Shown one piece after another: positions 21,566 through 33,329 of a DNA stretch of 64,000 nt. The DNA is taken from the NCBI GenBank assembly GCA_019828565.1, contig JAHDYR010000064.1, positions 434,001 through 498,000 on the forward strand, given 5' to 3'. The notes under the pieces are model-generated. The model was not told the DNA's origin and made no database searches. It saw only the letters and a program-made list of their open reading frames with translations. Position 1 is the first letter of the stretch. Each line of letters opens with the position of its first letter. Made by a program: the position numbers and the translations under genes. This DNA is from Carpediemonas membranifera BICM. Lineage: Eukaryota; Protista; Fornicata.

Positions 21566-23194
21566 ATGTCGTTCGAACCAGTCCGTACGGCGAGAGTGAG
21601 GACTGGAATGAGGACTGGAGTTTCCCAAAGACCAGGAAGTGGCGCGTTTGTCAACCAATCTGCTGTGGGTTCTATTGTTAACGCAAACGTTAACATTGCG
21701 GCCCGTCCGCTCACTAAGCAGGGCCTTGGTGGCGTCAGAATGCAGACTGGGCAACGCCAGATGACTGCAGGCATAGAACAGGCGGAGGCGCGAAACAAGA
21801 TAACCGCTATGCAGAAGGAAATAAGTCGTCTTCGCGAGGAGACCGCTACATCAGTTAAGAAGAACCAGCAGCGCATGGTCCTCGAGAAGCGCAACAAGCA
21901 GACCGAGAGCGAGATCAGGAAGCTCAAGGATACAATTTATGATCTCTCTGAAATCCACTCCCGCCTGCAGAAGAACATCGGCTTTGACGACATCGTTTCT
22001 GAGACCGCAATGTGCAAGCGTCAGCTAGTGGAGCTCGAGCGCACCATTGAGGACGAGCAGCGCCAGTTGCGGGCGGAGGAGAGCGACGTCCGGGCGCTTG
22101 AAGCCGAGCTGCGTGCCCTCGAGGACGGGACCGGCCAAATGATCGCCGAGCTCGGTGTCGACAAGGTCCGCGAGTACGAGAGGATGGAGCAGGAGAACGC
22201 CGAGATGGACGCAGACGAGAAGGCCCTTCTTGCTCAGGTCGAGCAGGCCCAGGCCGCGCTCCAGCAAGCCCAGGGCGAGGCGGCCGCTGACCCTACCAGG
22301 GCTGCGTATGTGGCGGCCAAGAAGGAGCTCACCGCCCGCAAAGAGCAGCGCGCGAGGATCCTTGCCGAGATCGAGGCGATGGAGGCGACTCTCGTTGACC
22401 ATGGCGTGTCGGAGGCCGACCAGGTCATGTCTGACATACAAGCGACGAAGACGGAGGTCGCCGAGCTGCAGCAGGAGAACCAGGTCCTCGCTGCCGAGCT
22501 GGCCAAGAAGAAGGAGCTGCTGGCCAACGAGAGCGACATGACGCGCGAGGTGACGGAGGAGAACGAGCGGAAGCTCATCACTAAGGTCGCCGAGATGGAG
22601 AGCTTTATTGCCCGGTTCCCAGGGGCCGAGGCGAAGAAACAGGCCGCCATCGACGACGCCACCAATCAGATCGGCGATTTGATTAACCAGCTGGCGGCGT
22701 CCATCGCTCAGTCCGGGAACGGCGAGAGCGCCGAGGACCAACTCAAGGCCCGCACTGCTGAGCTCGAGAAGCTGCAGACATTGGAGCAGAAGGTGGCCGC
22801 CGAGACCGCCGCTCTAGACGACAAGCTGGTCGCGCTGGCCAAGGAGCGTGAGGAGCTGGAGGAGATGCTGCGTCTGCCCGCCGTGTCGGACAAGGATAGT
22901 CTCCGGCAGCTGTCGATCCACTACGCCGCCCGCAAGTCCGAGCTGACGCAGACGCTGTCCATCCGGGGAGCCGAGTACCGCCGCGTGCAGCAGGCCGTCG
23001 AGCGGAACCCCCGCATCGAGGAGCTCGCCGGTATGGAGCAGCGACTGCGGCATATTGAGCAGCAGCTCGCCCAGTCGGAGGAGTACTGCCGGTCTGCGAG
23101 GCGGGAGACGGATTACTCCGACCTCAAGGAGCAGTGCCTCGCCCTCGTCGGGCAAATCAACCAGCACCACATCCGGAATGCCAGGGCGATCTAG
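21566..23194 (+). CDS. IFT74: Intraflagellar transport protein 74
   Basis: Basic N-terminus 'RPGSG...AARPLTKQGLGGVR', long coiled coil, C-terminal 'RETDYSDLKEQCLALVGQIN'. Confidence 0.82.
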   Translation: MSFEPVRTARVRTGMRTGVSQRPGSGAFVNQSAVGSIVNANVNIAARPLTKQGLGGVRMQTGQRQMTAGIEQAEARNKITAMQKEISRLREETATSVKKNQQRMVLEKRNKQTESEIRKLKDTIYDLSEIHSRLQKNIGFDDIVSETAMCKRQLVELERTIEDEQRQLRAEESDVRALEAELRALEDGTGQMIAELGVDKVREYERMEQENAEMDADEKALLAQVEQAQAALQQAQGEAAADPTRAAYVAAKKELTARKEQRARILAEIEAMEATLVDHGVSEADQVMSDIQATKTEVAELQQENQVLAAELAKKKELLANESDMTREVTEENERKLITKVAEMESFIARFPGAEAKKQAAIDDATNQIGDLINQLAASIAQSGNGESAEDQLKARTAELEKLQTLEQKVAAETAALDDKLVALAKEREELEEMLRLPAVSDKDSLRQLSIHYAARKSELTQTLSIRGAEYRRVQQAVERNPRIEELAGMEQRLRHIEQQLAQSEEYCRSARRETDYSDLKEQCLALVGQINQHHIRNARAI

Positions 23195-23798
23195 TGTAAA
23201 TGCTATCCTATGTCCCGCTATCCTTGGCGACGTCAACGCAATCAATTCCATTTTTTATCGAAACAAGGTCGAAAAAAGTTGGATGCACTTTTAGGACACA
23301 GAATTTGTCTTCAGACCAATTCTCCTGGAAGTGCGGCGCTGTGAGCTATATGATCTCAGAACGGCTATCTGTTCCGTCTCCTCTGACAATCATACTTCCT
23401 ATATCGATACTGGGTCGCAGGTTCCCGCAAGGTGAACTTCCTCACGTTGCCAGGTGTATCTCAGGGCTTGATGGTTAGAGTATATTACTCCTTGACCAGG
23501 TTAAGCCAAAACCCACCGGGTATACGCTAGTTAACAACATCAATTCCCGCCCCACTCTATGATCTTCGTGAAAAGCGCCACAATCAACTGCATTTCGTGT
23601 CGATGCACTGTCCCATCCATGGCCAGCAATCGTCCGCATGCGAAGAACAAGACTGTTCACCGTCGCTGCTGCCTGCCGAGCAACCCATCACATGTGCACA
23701 ACGGGAACCCTGCCCTTCGTGATGTCCTGGTGGGACGACAATTCCGCAGTTTTGTTTCGCAACATCTCTCGCCACAACGCTATTTTGACCCAAACGCC

Positions 23799-24827
23799 AT
23801 GGCCTTCAATGGCCTGCTGTTTATCGGCTTAAATGACGGTCTGATGCTACATCACAGCATATTCAGACGCTGTTTCGGCCTCGATGAAGACCAAGGCGAT
23901 GTTTCTGCTTTGGGCCGCGTCGCATCGGATCTCTGGACGCAATATGAGGAGAGTGTAATGAATTCGGCCAATGAAATCGATGAAGCTCAGTTTCAAGGCC
24001 GCCAGTTCTTTCTCCTATCATTTGACAACCGCTTGCTGTACTCCCTGGCCAACGAGGAGCACTGCCTTCTCACGATACTGGATGCCGACGTGGACACAGA
24101 AAGTGCCCAGTTCCTTCTGGATCGGGCGACGACATCTTTCTGCACATCAATCGCACGGTGGCAGCCGACTACCAACGGGATACAGCGCTTTGTCAAGTGG
24201 GATGGCGAGATAGCGGTCCTGACGCAATACTCCAACTACCTATGCAAGCGTCTGCTCGAGACATTCAACTCTGAGTGGGTCGTGGCCGCTATTCTCCCGG
24301 ATTCGGGGAAGACGCGCCCACTCACTGCCTCCAAAACCACTGTCAGGAATAAGACAGACCTCGCGACCATGTTCGATCTCCCAGTGGTGACAGAGACGGT
24401 CCCCCGGCCGGGACCCATCCCTGGGCGAGGCCGCGGGGCGGGTCTCACGCTGTCGGTTCTGACGGCCATTGGGTACGACAGGTACAGCCCGGACAAGCTC
24501 ACAGAGACGCTACTGAGGGTTTCCGGGCCCCTCTCTGCACTGGGAGCGTCCACCTCCGCTGAGATGTCGTTTACTGCAAGACGTCGCCTCCGACCCGACG
24601 CCGCGAACCTCGGCGGGACTAACGACATTTATGTCGAGAACGTCGTGGTGACGGTGGAGGGTCTGTTCCTGCTGGCAGTCAGCGCCCCCAGCTTCCGTCA
24701 TGACGCAGCCACGCCGCCCCTCTGTGAGGTCCGAGAGCGGAGCGATGAAGGGGCGTTGGGGAGGGCTCTGCGGCAACTACACGCCATGGGGGCCAGAGGC
24801 CGTCTTCCGGCCGAGCTTGGCGACTGA
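23799..24827 (+). CDS. Hypothetical protein (possible longin-like N-terminus)
   Basis: Long ORF; likely ATG at 23799; family not recognised. Confidence 0.5.
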   Translation: MAFNGLLFIGLNDGLMLHHSIFRRCFGLDEDQGDVSALGRVASDLWTQYEESVMNSANEIDEAQFQGRQFFLLSFDNRLLYSLANEEHCLLTILDADVDTESAQFLLDRATTSFCTSIARWQPTTNGIQRFVKWDGEIAVLTQYSNYLCKRLLETFNSEWVVAAILPDSGKTRPLTASKTTVRNKTDLATMFDLPVVTETVPRPGPIPGRGRGAGLTLSVLTAIGYDRYSPDKLTETLLRVSGPLSALGASTSAEMSFTARRRLRPDAANLGGTNDIYVENVVVTVEGLFLLAVSAPSFRHDAATPPLCEVRERSDEGALGRALRQLHAMGARGRLPAELGD

Positions 24828-25113
24828 GAGACGAGTGACAACCGCGATGTGCTTTCACAGCGAATGGCCACCCGTGGCCGGCATAAAATATCTTACTGCC
24901 AGCTAGGGCCTGGCTCCAGACGTTATGATCCTGGCCTGATCTTTTATGTCTCCCACTTGTGGTCTCGGCTTCGACAACGGGCGGCCTACTCGGGCAATTC
25001 AATCCCAGATGTCCGCCAGGCGATAGCAAGGGAGTAAGGGGGCACGCCAGGCCAGACACCAAGGGGGGAGACTCAATTCGACTCGGCGCCAGTCAGAGTG
25101 GCGCAGCGGGAGA

Positions 25114-26055
25114 ATGAATTCAACCGATGCCGCGTTATACTTCGAAACACAGCATGCAATCCTCATTTCTAGGGCGTTAGAGGCCATTTCGTTCAATATT
25201 GCTACTCAGCAGGTCTGTATTTCCGTGGAAGGGACCGAGGAGGAAGGAAGGGACCTCAAATTTGTCTCCATATCTCCAGATCGCTGTCTCGAATGCAGCG
25301 TGTCTATCACAGAACGTGTGATGAGCATCGACAGCGCTGCCGGCAGCGGGTTGTACACCATTGCAGACCAGACCAGCGACAAGGCGCCCGATGCCCAGCT
25401 GATACTCAACTCGCTCACAACGTCGGGATTTGAGCCCTTCTCAGTACGGGTGTCGGACCTCCGGATGGCGCTGGACCTTGTACTGCCCCACTCGCCACCC
25501 CGGGTGACCTTTTATCATGCCGGGCAGGGGAAACCACTAGTAATCGTCATCAAGGCGCACGACCACGTCCTCTCGAGGGTCCAGATCGCCACGCAGCCCC
25601 TTATCCGCGATCTGATCGGCGTGGACTTCGACCCGACGACAGTCACACACACCGCGACGCTACAGCCGCATGCCCTGCCGATGGCATTTCCCCTCAAGGG
25701 CCGGATGAGGATAGACCAATCGAACTTCGCCCGTATCCGGTTTGACAGCGAGTCCGAGCGCCTTGTCATCATGAGCGGGTCGTCCGAGGTGGAGGCCCAG
25801 ACGGAGTTCCCCATGGATGCACCGATCACCGTGTTCGAGCGGCCGCCCGCCCGCGGGTTCGAGTCGGCGGAGTTCGGGTACAAGCCTGCGCACCTGGCGA
25901 CGGCGGTGCTGAGTGCGAAGTACGCTCATCTGACCCGGTTGCTCATCACCAGCGAGGGTGTGCTCAACGTCGCCCACCTGATCCCTAGGGAGACCAACGT
26001 GCGGTGCTTCGTGCAGTTCTTTCTCATGCCGCTTGTGGACGCACTGCCGGACTGA
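25114..26055 (+). CDS. RAD1: Rad1-like subunit of the 9-1-1 checkpoint clamp
   Basis: PCNA-fold size; N-terminal 'ISRALEAISF' and C-terminal 'YKPAHL...LLITSEGVLNVAHLI...RCFVQFFLMP' resemble Rad1. Confidence 0.62.
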   Translation: MNSTDAALYFETQHAILISRALEAISFNIATQQVCISVEGTEEEGRDLKFVSISPDRCLECSVSITERVMSIDSAAGSGLYTIADQTSDKAPDAQLILNSLTTSGFEPFSVRVSDLRMALDLVLPHSPPRVTFYHAGQGKPLVIVIKAHDHVLSRVQIATQPLIRDLIGVDFDPTTVTHTATLQPHALPMAFPLKGRMRIDQSNFARIRFDSESERLVIMSGSSEVEAQTEFPMDAPITVFERPPARGFESAEFGYKPAHLATAVLSAKYAHLTRLLITSEGVLNVAHLIPRETNVRCFVQFFLMPLVDALPD

Positions 26056-26407
26056 TGGTCGGCCTGATTCTAAAAGATTTTACTCGATTTGCTGTAGATT
26101 CGGTCCGATCTTCTCCCCCTCGGTCATGTCATCTTCATGGCACAGTGCTTTTCCAACTCACGCGAGATCATCCCAACGGTCGATGGCATGATTGAGTGAT
26201 GCGGTGACAATATGACTCACTCAGTCCCTGGTGCCACCACACGCCGACCCAAGGTAATACATGGGGCAGAGAGGCTGGGGTCCTCTTGCGGAGGCATGGG
26301 GAGTGCGTGGCAGCGGTCAGGGGCCCTGAATTAGGCCCGAATCACTGCATCGACTGCGTATGCAGTTTTCGATTCGAATACGCAGGGTTCTGAAGCACAA
26401 ACTAAGC

Positions 26408-28776
26408 ATGTGCGGGCTCCTCATTGACGGGCAGCCCTACACATGGGAGGATGCAAGGAAATACATATCTGTTGTGAAGGAGAGGGGGATCCAGCAGTTC
26501 TGTGAGCTTGTACGCAAGAACTCGGACAGGAACGCTGATCAGATGAAGTGGGGTGACGAGGTTTGTCCGCAATCTGCTATTGAATAACACAGATAGAATA
26601 CATGATCGTGAAGAGGGATTCTCAGTCACGCACGGTTCGATTATCACTTCGTGGCAACGACATCGTGGACCGTTTCGCCCAAATGCTCAAAGATGACCCA
26701 CAACTGGCTGCCCAGCTCAACGTTGTGCCCGAGTACGGCAAGCACATGATCGAAGCTACACCGGGGGAGCCGTACACGTCCCTGCTGGCGTCCCTTGCAT
26801 CACTCGAGGCCAACATGGCCAACAGGCGCCGCGCCATCCAGGAACAGCTGGAGCCCGACGAGGTGCTGCTTACTCTGCCTGTATACCCGCTCATGGGCGT
26901 GGGTGCCTTCACGGAACCCTTCTTCAGCTCGGGCGGGACAGCCTCGGAGTCGCTCTTCGTCCCCGACACGCTCATCTCATCCCACCCACGGTTCAGCACC
27001 CTGACCCGCAACATCCGACACAGGCGTCAGGGCAAGGTCTCGATCAACGTCCCGGTCTTCCAGGATAAGAACACGCCCGCCCAACTCGTCACCCCGCCCC
27101 AGACGAAAGATGACCCCGCTAAGTTCTACACCAAGGCCCAATGCGCGGAGCTGGTACGCATCGAGGACGATACCCAGCACGCCGCCGCGATGGTGGCGCA
27201 CGGCGAGCCGAGTGCAGCTTTCGGTCGCCACAGCTACCACCCCGCGCAGAGCCCCAAGAAGTCTGCCCGGACCCGGGGCATGGCGACGGTGCACGACGTC
27301 ACGAACACCAGCCCCACGGACTTCCCGTTCATGTTCTGCCCCGCCCCCCGCCTCCCAGTGCCCGACCCACTGTCGTCCGGGATCGAGCCCGGCCCGGCCG
27401 CCAAGCCCGGACACATCTACATGGACGCGATGGCGTTCGGCATGGGCTGTTGCGGGCTTCAGTGCACGTTCCAGTGCCCGAACATGGAGTGGAGCCGCGT
27501 CCTGGCCGACCAGCTCCAGCCGCTGTGTCCCGTCATGCTGAGTCTGTCGGCCGCCTCCCCCATATTCCGCGGGCTCCTGTCCGACTGGGACGCCCGCTAC
27601 CTCATCATCAGCGACAGCGTCGACGACCGCACGAAGGCCGAGCGCGGGGAGGAGGCGCACGGGTCCAGCGATGTCCACTTCATTCCCCAGTCCCGTTACG
27701 GCACGGCGGACTTCTACCTGAGCAACGACCGGCACGTGGACTACTTCAACGACGTCCACGTGCCGGTCGACCAGGCGTCGTTCACCCGCCTGCTGGACGA
27801 GGGTATGGACCAGCTCCTGTCGTTGCACGTTTCACACCTCTTTGTCCGGGACCCGCTGGTGATATACCCGGACACGCTCCGGGACGAGTACGCCGGCCAC
27901 AGCGACTCGTTCGAGAACATCCAGTCGACGAACTGGCAGACCATCCGATGGAAGCCCCCGCCGCCCAACAGTGACATCGGGTGGCGCGTGGAGTTCCGGC
28001 CCATGGACATCCAGTTGACGGACTTCGAGAACGCGGCGTTCTGCGTCTTTATCAACCTCCTCCTCCGTATGATAATCCACATGGAGCTCTGCTTCCTCAT
28101 CCCCATTTCTAGGATCCACGGTAACATGCTCAAGGCACACCACAAGGACGGCGTGCAGGCCGCATACTGGTTCCAGACGCAGATCTTCAACTGCGTCGAG
28201 TCCTCGTGTGCCCCATCGGCCCAGGATGTGGACGGCCGCCAGCATGCCAGGGCCGGGAACGACCTCTGCGGCAAGGTCTGCCGGGAACGCCGTGACGACC
28301 TCCGTGCCCGCGCGAGGGAGCAGTTCTCCCGGCCGATGAGGGAGCAGGCGGGGATGGTGGACTTCTCTGACACGCCCGGGGTCCGGGAGATGACCGTGGA
28401 CGAGATCATGAACGGGGCTGACGACTTCTGCGGGCTGGTGCCGTTGATGCAGTGGTACCTGGGCTACGTCCACGAGCACTCGGCCTGCCCCGGTCAGTGC
28501 TCGTCGAGGATGGGGTTGTTCGAGGACTCCTGCAGCGATGAGGACATCGCCAACATCCGGAAGATGGTCAGCTTCGTCGGACTCAGGGCCAGCGGCCAGA
28601 TCAAGACCGGTGCCCAGTTCATTCGGAGCTTTGTGACGAGCCACGCCGGATACAAGCAGGACTCGGTTATCACAGAGGACATCGTGTTCGACCTCGTCGG
28701 TGCCGTGGACGAGATCGCTGCGGACCCCAGGGGCGAGGCTGGAAAGGCCCTGTTTGGTGATTTCTTTGTGCAATAA
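26408..28776 (+). CDS. GCLC: Glutamate-cysteine ligase catalytic subunit; intron 26561-26592
   Basis: KWGDE|IEYM, PEYGKHMIEATPG, HPRFSTLT, IYMDAMAFGMGCCGLQCTFQ, FENIQSTNWQT and GWRVEFRPMDIQLTDFENAA. Confidence 0.94.
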
Positions 28777-28964
28777 AGCAGACCGCACCGACTTCCAACA
28801 CCACCTGTTTCTGCCTTCTTCGAAACGTGTAATGGTCAAAGGAACACTGGGTGAGGGTCTAGCGGACACCTGCGTGGGCTTGGCCTGCATTCTCGCCGAG
28901 GCACCGAGCTGCCTCGCGGCAACTCAGACGCCTAATCCAGAAGACCAACACCAACCGCAACAAT

Positions 28965-29537
28965 ATGGAACAGGAAGCCTCAAAGAACATGGGCACGGTG
29001 TTATCTTTACCATTGGAGCTTTCTGAAGACAGCTTACCACAATCGGCGCAGGTTGAATCGTCACCACCGAAATCGCAGCGTTCAAGCCCGACGAGAACGG
29101 CATCGGAGGAGAACATGCTTCGTGCAACAATCGAAAAGCTTCTTCTCGGCGGGTTTTCGGTGAAAGAGGTATCAAGGGCCTGTAATGTTCCCGTCCCGAC
29201 GCTCGACAAGCTGCTCCAGCACATTCCCGATAACGGAAGCCTTGCACTCAAGACTCGCGTCGCTATAGACAGCGGGAGCCGTGCCTACCGCAACTGCTAC
29301 GGGGTCATGATCGAGGCACCCGAGTGGAGCGCCGCGCGATCGGAGCTGTACGACGCGACCCAATCCCAGATGGGCACGGCCCGAACTCACCTCGGGTCGG
29401 ACCTCGAACAGCTGACACACAGGGACCCGGGCGACATTGCCGAGGCCATTGAGGAGACGCCCTCTCAGCCCAGCTTCCCGCAGCTGAGAAGGGCACTGCG
29501 CTTCCTCGACCAGCTCTGGCGCCTGCTCATATTCTGA
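28965..29537 (+). CDS. Hypothetical protein with HTH-like segment
   Basis: 'FSVKEVSRACNVPVPTL' resembles psq/CENP-B-type HTH motifs. Confidence 0.45.
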   Translation: MEQEASKNMGTVLSLPLELSEDSLPQSAQVESSPPKSQRSSPTRTASEENMLRATIEKLLLGGFSVKEVSRACNVPVPTLDKLLQHIPDNGSLALKTRVAIDSGSRAYRNCYGVMIEAPEWSAARSELYDATQSQMGTARTHLGSDLEQLTHRDPGDIAEAIEETPSQPSFPQLRRALRFLDQLWRLLIF

Positions 29538-29754
29538 ACACTCGCGCGCTCAAGGCACGCTGATGCAGGTCTCTCGGGTGATCATTCGTTTGGTAGAGGC
29601 GGCACTCGACCGCTGTCGGTGCAGCAGGTAAATGTTGACACCGTTAGCATGAGTGGGGCCTGACATACACCGCGCTGACGACGGCATCGTCCAGCTATCC
29701 GTGGCATCAAAGCTCATCAAATGATGAGGCGTAGAATTTTCGAAATTCTTCGTC

Positions 29755-30190
29755 ATGAACTCATCAGTGCTCACCAGGGAAGATGAATCCAACGCTGAGG
29801 TCACCAGGGCCGATCAGGAGAAGATCAACCTTTTCAGCCGTTTGAATACCCGTCTTTCTGGCCTGAAGGAGCGTTCCGAGCGCCTGGAGGCCGATATTGA
29901 CAGTATTGAGCAGTCTGAGATGGTTGTTGAGGAAATGATGTTCGTAGCTGCCCCCGCGTTGCTGTTTACTCAGGGTTATGGATCAGGATCACGTGCTCCT
30001 CAACGTCGGTACCGCGCTCGTCATGGCCGATGAGGATGTCGCCTCGACGTACGTCAGCACCGAGAAGGACTCCCTCAAGGCCAAGCACGCCGAGGTTGTC
30101 GCCGAAATCAACAAGGCAGAGGGCGAGATGTCTGCGTTGAAGCAGGAGCTGTACGGCAAGTTCGGGTCGAGCATCAACCTCGACCCCTAA
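29755..30190 (+). CDS. PFDN4: Prefoldin subunit 4; intron 29940-29973
   Basis: EVTRADQEKINLFSRLN...LKQELYGKFGSSINLD; a 34-nt GTTCGT..CAG intron restores the frame. Confidence 0.88.
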
Positions 30191-30445
30191 GCGGCGTGTG
30201 TGTAAATAGCTATCATTATCATTTCCAAATGAGGTGTGGTGACATTGAAGCTTAGTTGGTCAGCTAAACTGGAAATACACACAAATAATTAACGCCGGAC
30301 CAGCTGCCGGGTCGACTGGCACTCGCCCGGGCGATGCATATGGGTGCAGATCTCGACAGCCGGGTGATTGACTCACCGGGAAGTCGAAGGCAGTTTCCAT
30401 TGGGATCTACAGCAGCTCGAGTAGCGCGTATTGGAGCCGAAAACC

Positions 30446-32554
30446 ATGGGACAAGGATGCCTTGGGCGTGTTAATAGCGCAAAAAGGATCCAGCGCCTTA
30501 ATTCATCCAATGCTGAGGCCATAAACCAGGTGTTTTCCTCCCCTGCGGCCACACCAGTCTTTCAGAACGCCACACACTACACCGCTGGCATGTCACCGGT
30601 AGCTAACTCATTCGACATGCCAGTAACGAGCTCAGTGAACTCGTCCTTCGACCATGAGTCGGGGGAGCGCCTGGTCAACCAGTACGCCGTCCTCAACACC
30701 CTCGGCCAGGGCTCATACGGCAAGGTTAAGCGCGTCCGGAATATCCAGACAGGGAAGTACTTCGCTGCGAAGATCACCGACCGGCGAGAGTTGTTCCGCC
30801 ACGCCCCCGCCCAGGGCACGGCGCTCCTCGCCAACGTCTACAACGAGATCGACATCCTCCATAACCTGAATCACCCCGGCATCCCCAAGGTGTACGAGGT
30901 GATCGACGACCCCTCCGTGGCTGAGCTGTACTGCGTGATGAGTCTGGTGCAGGGCGGGCCCGTGGTGAGACAGGGGGACGTCATCGACCCCGACGAGGCA
31001 AAGCGGATGATGCGGGACATCTCGGACGTGCTGATGTACCTCCACGACCAGAAGGTGGTCCACGGTGACATCAAGCCCGACAACGTCATGGCCAACGACG
31101 AGCGGTACACGCTGATCGACTTCGGGACGTCCAGGAGCATGATACACTCGAGGGAGTGTCTCAGACACACAGCCGGCACGCAGGCCTTCATGGCGCCTGA
31201 GATCACACTCAACCACTCGTACAATGGCAAGCACGCGGACATCTGGGCCCTCGGGGTGACGCTATACGACGTCCTCTACGGCTCCCTGCCCTTTATCGGG
31301 TCGGACATCGCCCAGATCACGTACAGGGCCCAGAAGTGCCGTCCCCACTTCCCCGCCGGGGAGGACGCCCTCCTGCTCGACCTGTTCTCGGGTCTGCTCG
31401 CGAAGAACCCTGCATACCGCCTCACAGCCGCCCAGATCCGCAGACACCCGTGGGTCACCGGCGAGACTGACACGAGCAGCTTAAGGCCGTTCCATCTGGA
31501 CGTCCAGCTCGGTGGCCGACAGACACTCATCAGGGCCAGTAGCATGACCATACGGCGCCGCTCAGTGCTGTCGCTGAGCCCGCTGTCCTCCCAGGCCGCC
31601 ACCCCGACGGGCCAGGCCACGGAGCCCCAGCGGGAGCCCGCCCGACTGAAGAAGCAGGTCACCGGGCATCTATCGACGAACAACTTGGGCGCCCAGCTCC
31701 ACATCGACTCGCCCCGGAGCCGCCGTGTGAGCTGGGACGCCATGGCCGGTGCCCACTCTGGGGCCACGGGGTCGTCGCACACGCGGGGCACACACACACA
31801 GTCAACGGGGCTGACGGTCGTGACGCACACCGACACGACCATCAGCGAGTCCGCAGTAGACATCGACACCGCCCAGACAGTGACCCAGGACGAGGGCGAG
31901 CCGGCCTTCCGACTGCTGGGGGAGTCGGCCGTGAATCTGTTCGGCCCAGACATGGGCATACCCTGCACCATGGTCAACGAGGACGGCCCCCTGCCCGCGG
32001 ATAGCCCGAGGAAGCCGTCGATCGTGCAGAGCATCCAGCGGTACATTGACCGGTGGGACGTCAAGACGCTCGATGACAGGGTCGCCCCCCTGCCCCCCAA
32101 GCTTGACAACATCGTCTGGAACAACGAGAACGAGGCCACGTCGACGCTGCCCCTGACCGCTCGCAGCCCGTCAACGAGGAACGGCGTCATGCCGACCCTC
32201 CAGCCACTCAAGGGCTCGATGCAGCGCGGTATCCCGGCACACACGACGGAGCTCGACGACGAGTCGACGTTCGACTCGGACACGGAGACCAAGAGCATCT
32301 TCTCAGAGGGCGACTTCCTCTCCGACGTCCGCAGTCTCACCGACGCCGCGACAACCCGGTCCGGGGAGAGCGTCACTCCGCAGGATTGGTCCGAGATCGA
32401 CTCGTTCGACGCGGAGGACTGGATCCCGCCCATATTCGACCTGCTCGTCGACGTCGGGCAGCAGGTGGAGGTGCAGCTCACGGAGTGGAACGTCGCAGTG
32501 AAGCCGCCGTACTGCCGACCCGTATCTATTGGCTCAAGACCAATAGGACGGTAA
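30446..32554 (+). CDS. CaMKK/GRIK-like Ser/Thr kinase with long C-terminal tail
   Basis: VNQYAVLNTLGQGSYGKV, EVIDDP, HGDIKPDN, TAGTQAFMAPE and ADIWALGVTLY; N-terminal MGQGC possible acylation site. Confidence 0.8.
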   Translation: MGQGCLGRVNSAKRIQRLNSSNAEAINQVFSSPAATPVFQNATHYTAGMSPVANSFDMPVTSSVNSSFDHESGERLVNQYAVLNTLGQGSYGKVKRVRNIQTGKYFAAKITDRRELFRHAPAQGTALLANVYNEIDILHNLNHPGIPKVYEVIDDPSVAELYCVMSLVQGGPVVRQGDVIDPDEAKRMMRDISDVLMYLHDQKVVHGDIKPDNVMANDERYTLIDFGTSRSMIHSRECLRHTAGTQAFMAPEITLNHSYNGKHADIWALGVTLYDVLYGSLPFIGSDIAQITYRAQKCRPHFPAGEDALLLDLFSGLLAKNPAYRLTAAQIRRHPWVTGETDTSSLRPFHLDVQLGGRQTLIRASSMTIRRRSVLSLSPLSSQAATPTGQATEPQREPARLKKQVTGHLSTNNLGAQLHIDSPRSRRVSWDAMAGAHSGATGSSHTRGTHTQSTGLTVVTHTDTTISESAVDIDTAQTVTQDEGEPAFRLLGESAVNLFGPDMGIPCTMVNEDGPLPADSPRKPSIVQSIQRYIDRWDVKTLDDRVAPLPPKLDNIVWNNENEATSTLPLTARSPSTRNGVMPTLQPLKGSMQRGIPAHTTELDDESTFDSDTETKSIFSEGDFLSDVRSLTDAATTRSGESVTPQDWSEIDSFDAEDWIPPIFDLLVDVGQQVEVQLTEWNVAVKPPYCRPVSIGSRPIGR

Positions 32555-32672
32555 TGATAGTAGCCCAGTAGTGCCAACCATGCCAGCAACCAGTAGTAAA
32601 GACCATGAACGGTGGTTGTTATATTTCGCAGTTTATCCAAGCGCCATCATCAATCAATTCGCCACTGAAGCG

Positions 32673-33191
32673 ATGTCGAACGGTGAACAGGATGCTGTGA
32701 AGCAGTTTATGAGTGCGCTTGAGAGTGGGCAGCTTTCACCCGACCAACTGGCAAGTGCCATCGAGAAAATAGCGCAGCAGTCTCTTGGAGACACGCAGAT
32801 GATTGAGGAGACCACTGACACAGAGAGTTTCAACCGCCATGCCAAGCAGGACCATGTGATCAACTGCGTTCCCCTCCCCCCGATGAAGTACAGCAAGGAG
32901 GAGAACCTTGCCCGCCTGGAGGCCATTGCCCGTGAAATGGACGAGGACCGCCCCATGCCCGCACAGACGGCCATCCCCGCCAAGAGCGGGAGCTTCATGC
33001 GCCCCGGATCAATTGCTGAGCACGGCCTTGCTCCCAAGGGCGACGGCCGGACAGCCGGCCGCACTGGGAAACTGGCCATCAGCGGCGCCCCTGGAAGCAA
33101 GCCCGAGATGACACAGCGGCAGGCCGAACCCAAGCCAAAGATCCCCGTCGTTCGCCCCATCTCACTGGGCGCCGTCCGGGAAAGGCACTAG
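32673..33191 (+). CDS. Hypothetical protein
   Basis: ATG-initiated ORF with coding-like composition. Confidence 0.5.
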   Translation: MSNGEQDAVKQFMSALESGQLSPDQLASAIEKIAQQSLGDTQMIEETTDTESFNRHAKQDHVINCVPLPPMKYSKEENLARLEAIAREMDEDRPMPAQTAIPAKSGSFMRPGSIAEHGLAPKGDGRTAGRTGKLAISGAPGSKPEMTQRQAEPKPKIPVVRPISLGAVRERH

Positions 33192-33329
33192 GCCACATGA
33201 AGAGCACACACCGCACGGATAAACATGAGCATCTTATAGCGGACACGGAGTTCAGTCAGTACTGCTACAGCAGCAGTTATCGCTCAGCGGTGGCAGGGGA
33301 CAATCCTGCGTCATTGCCTCAACGATGCA

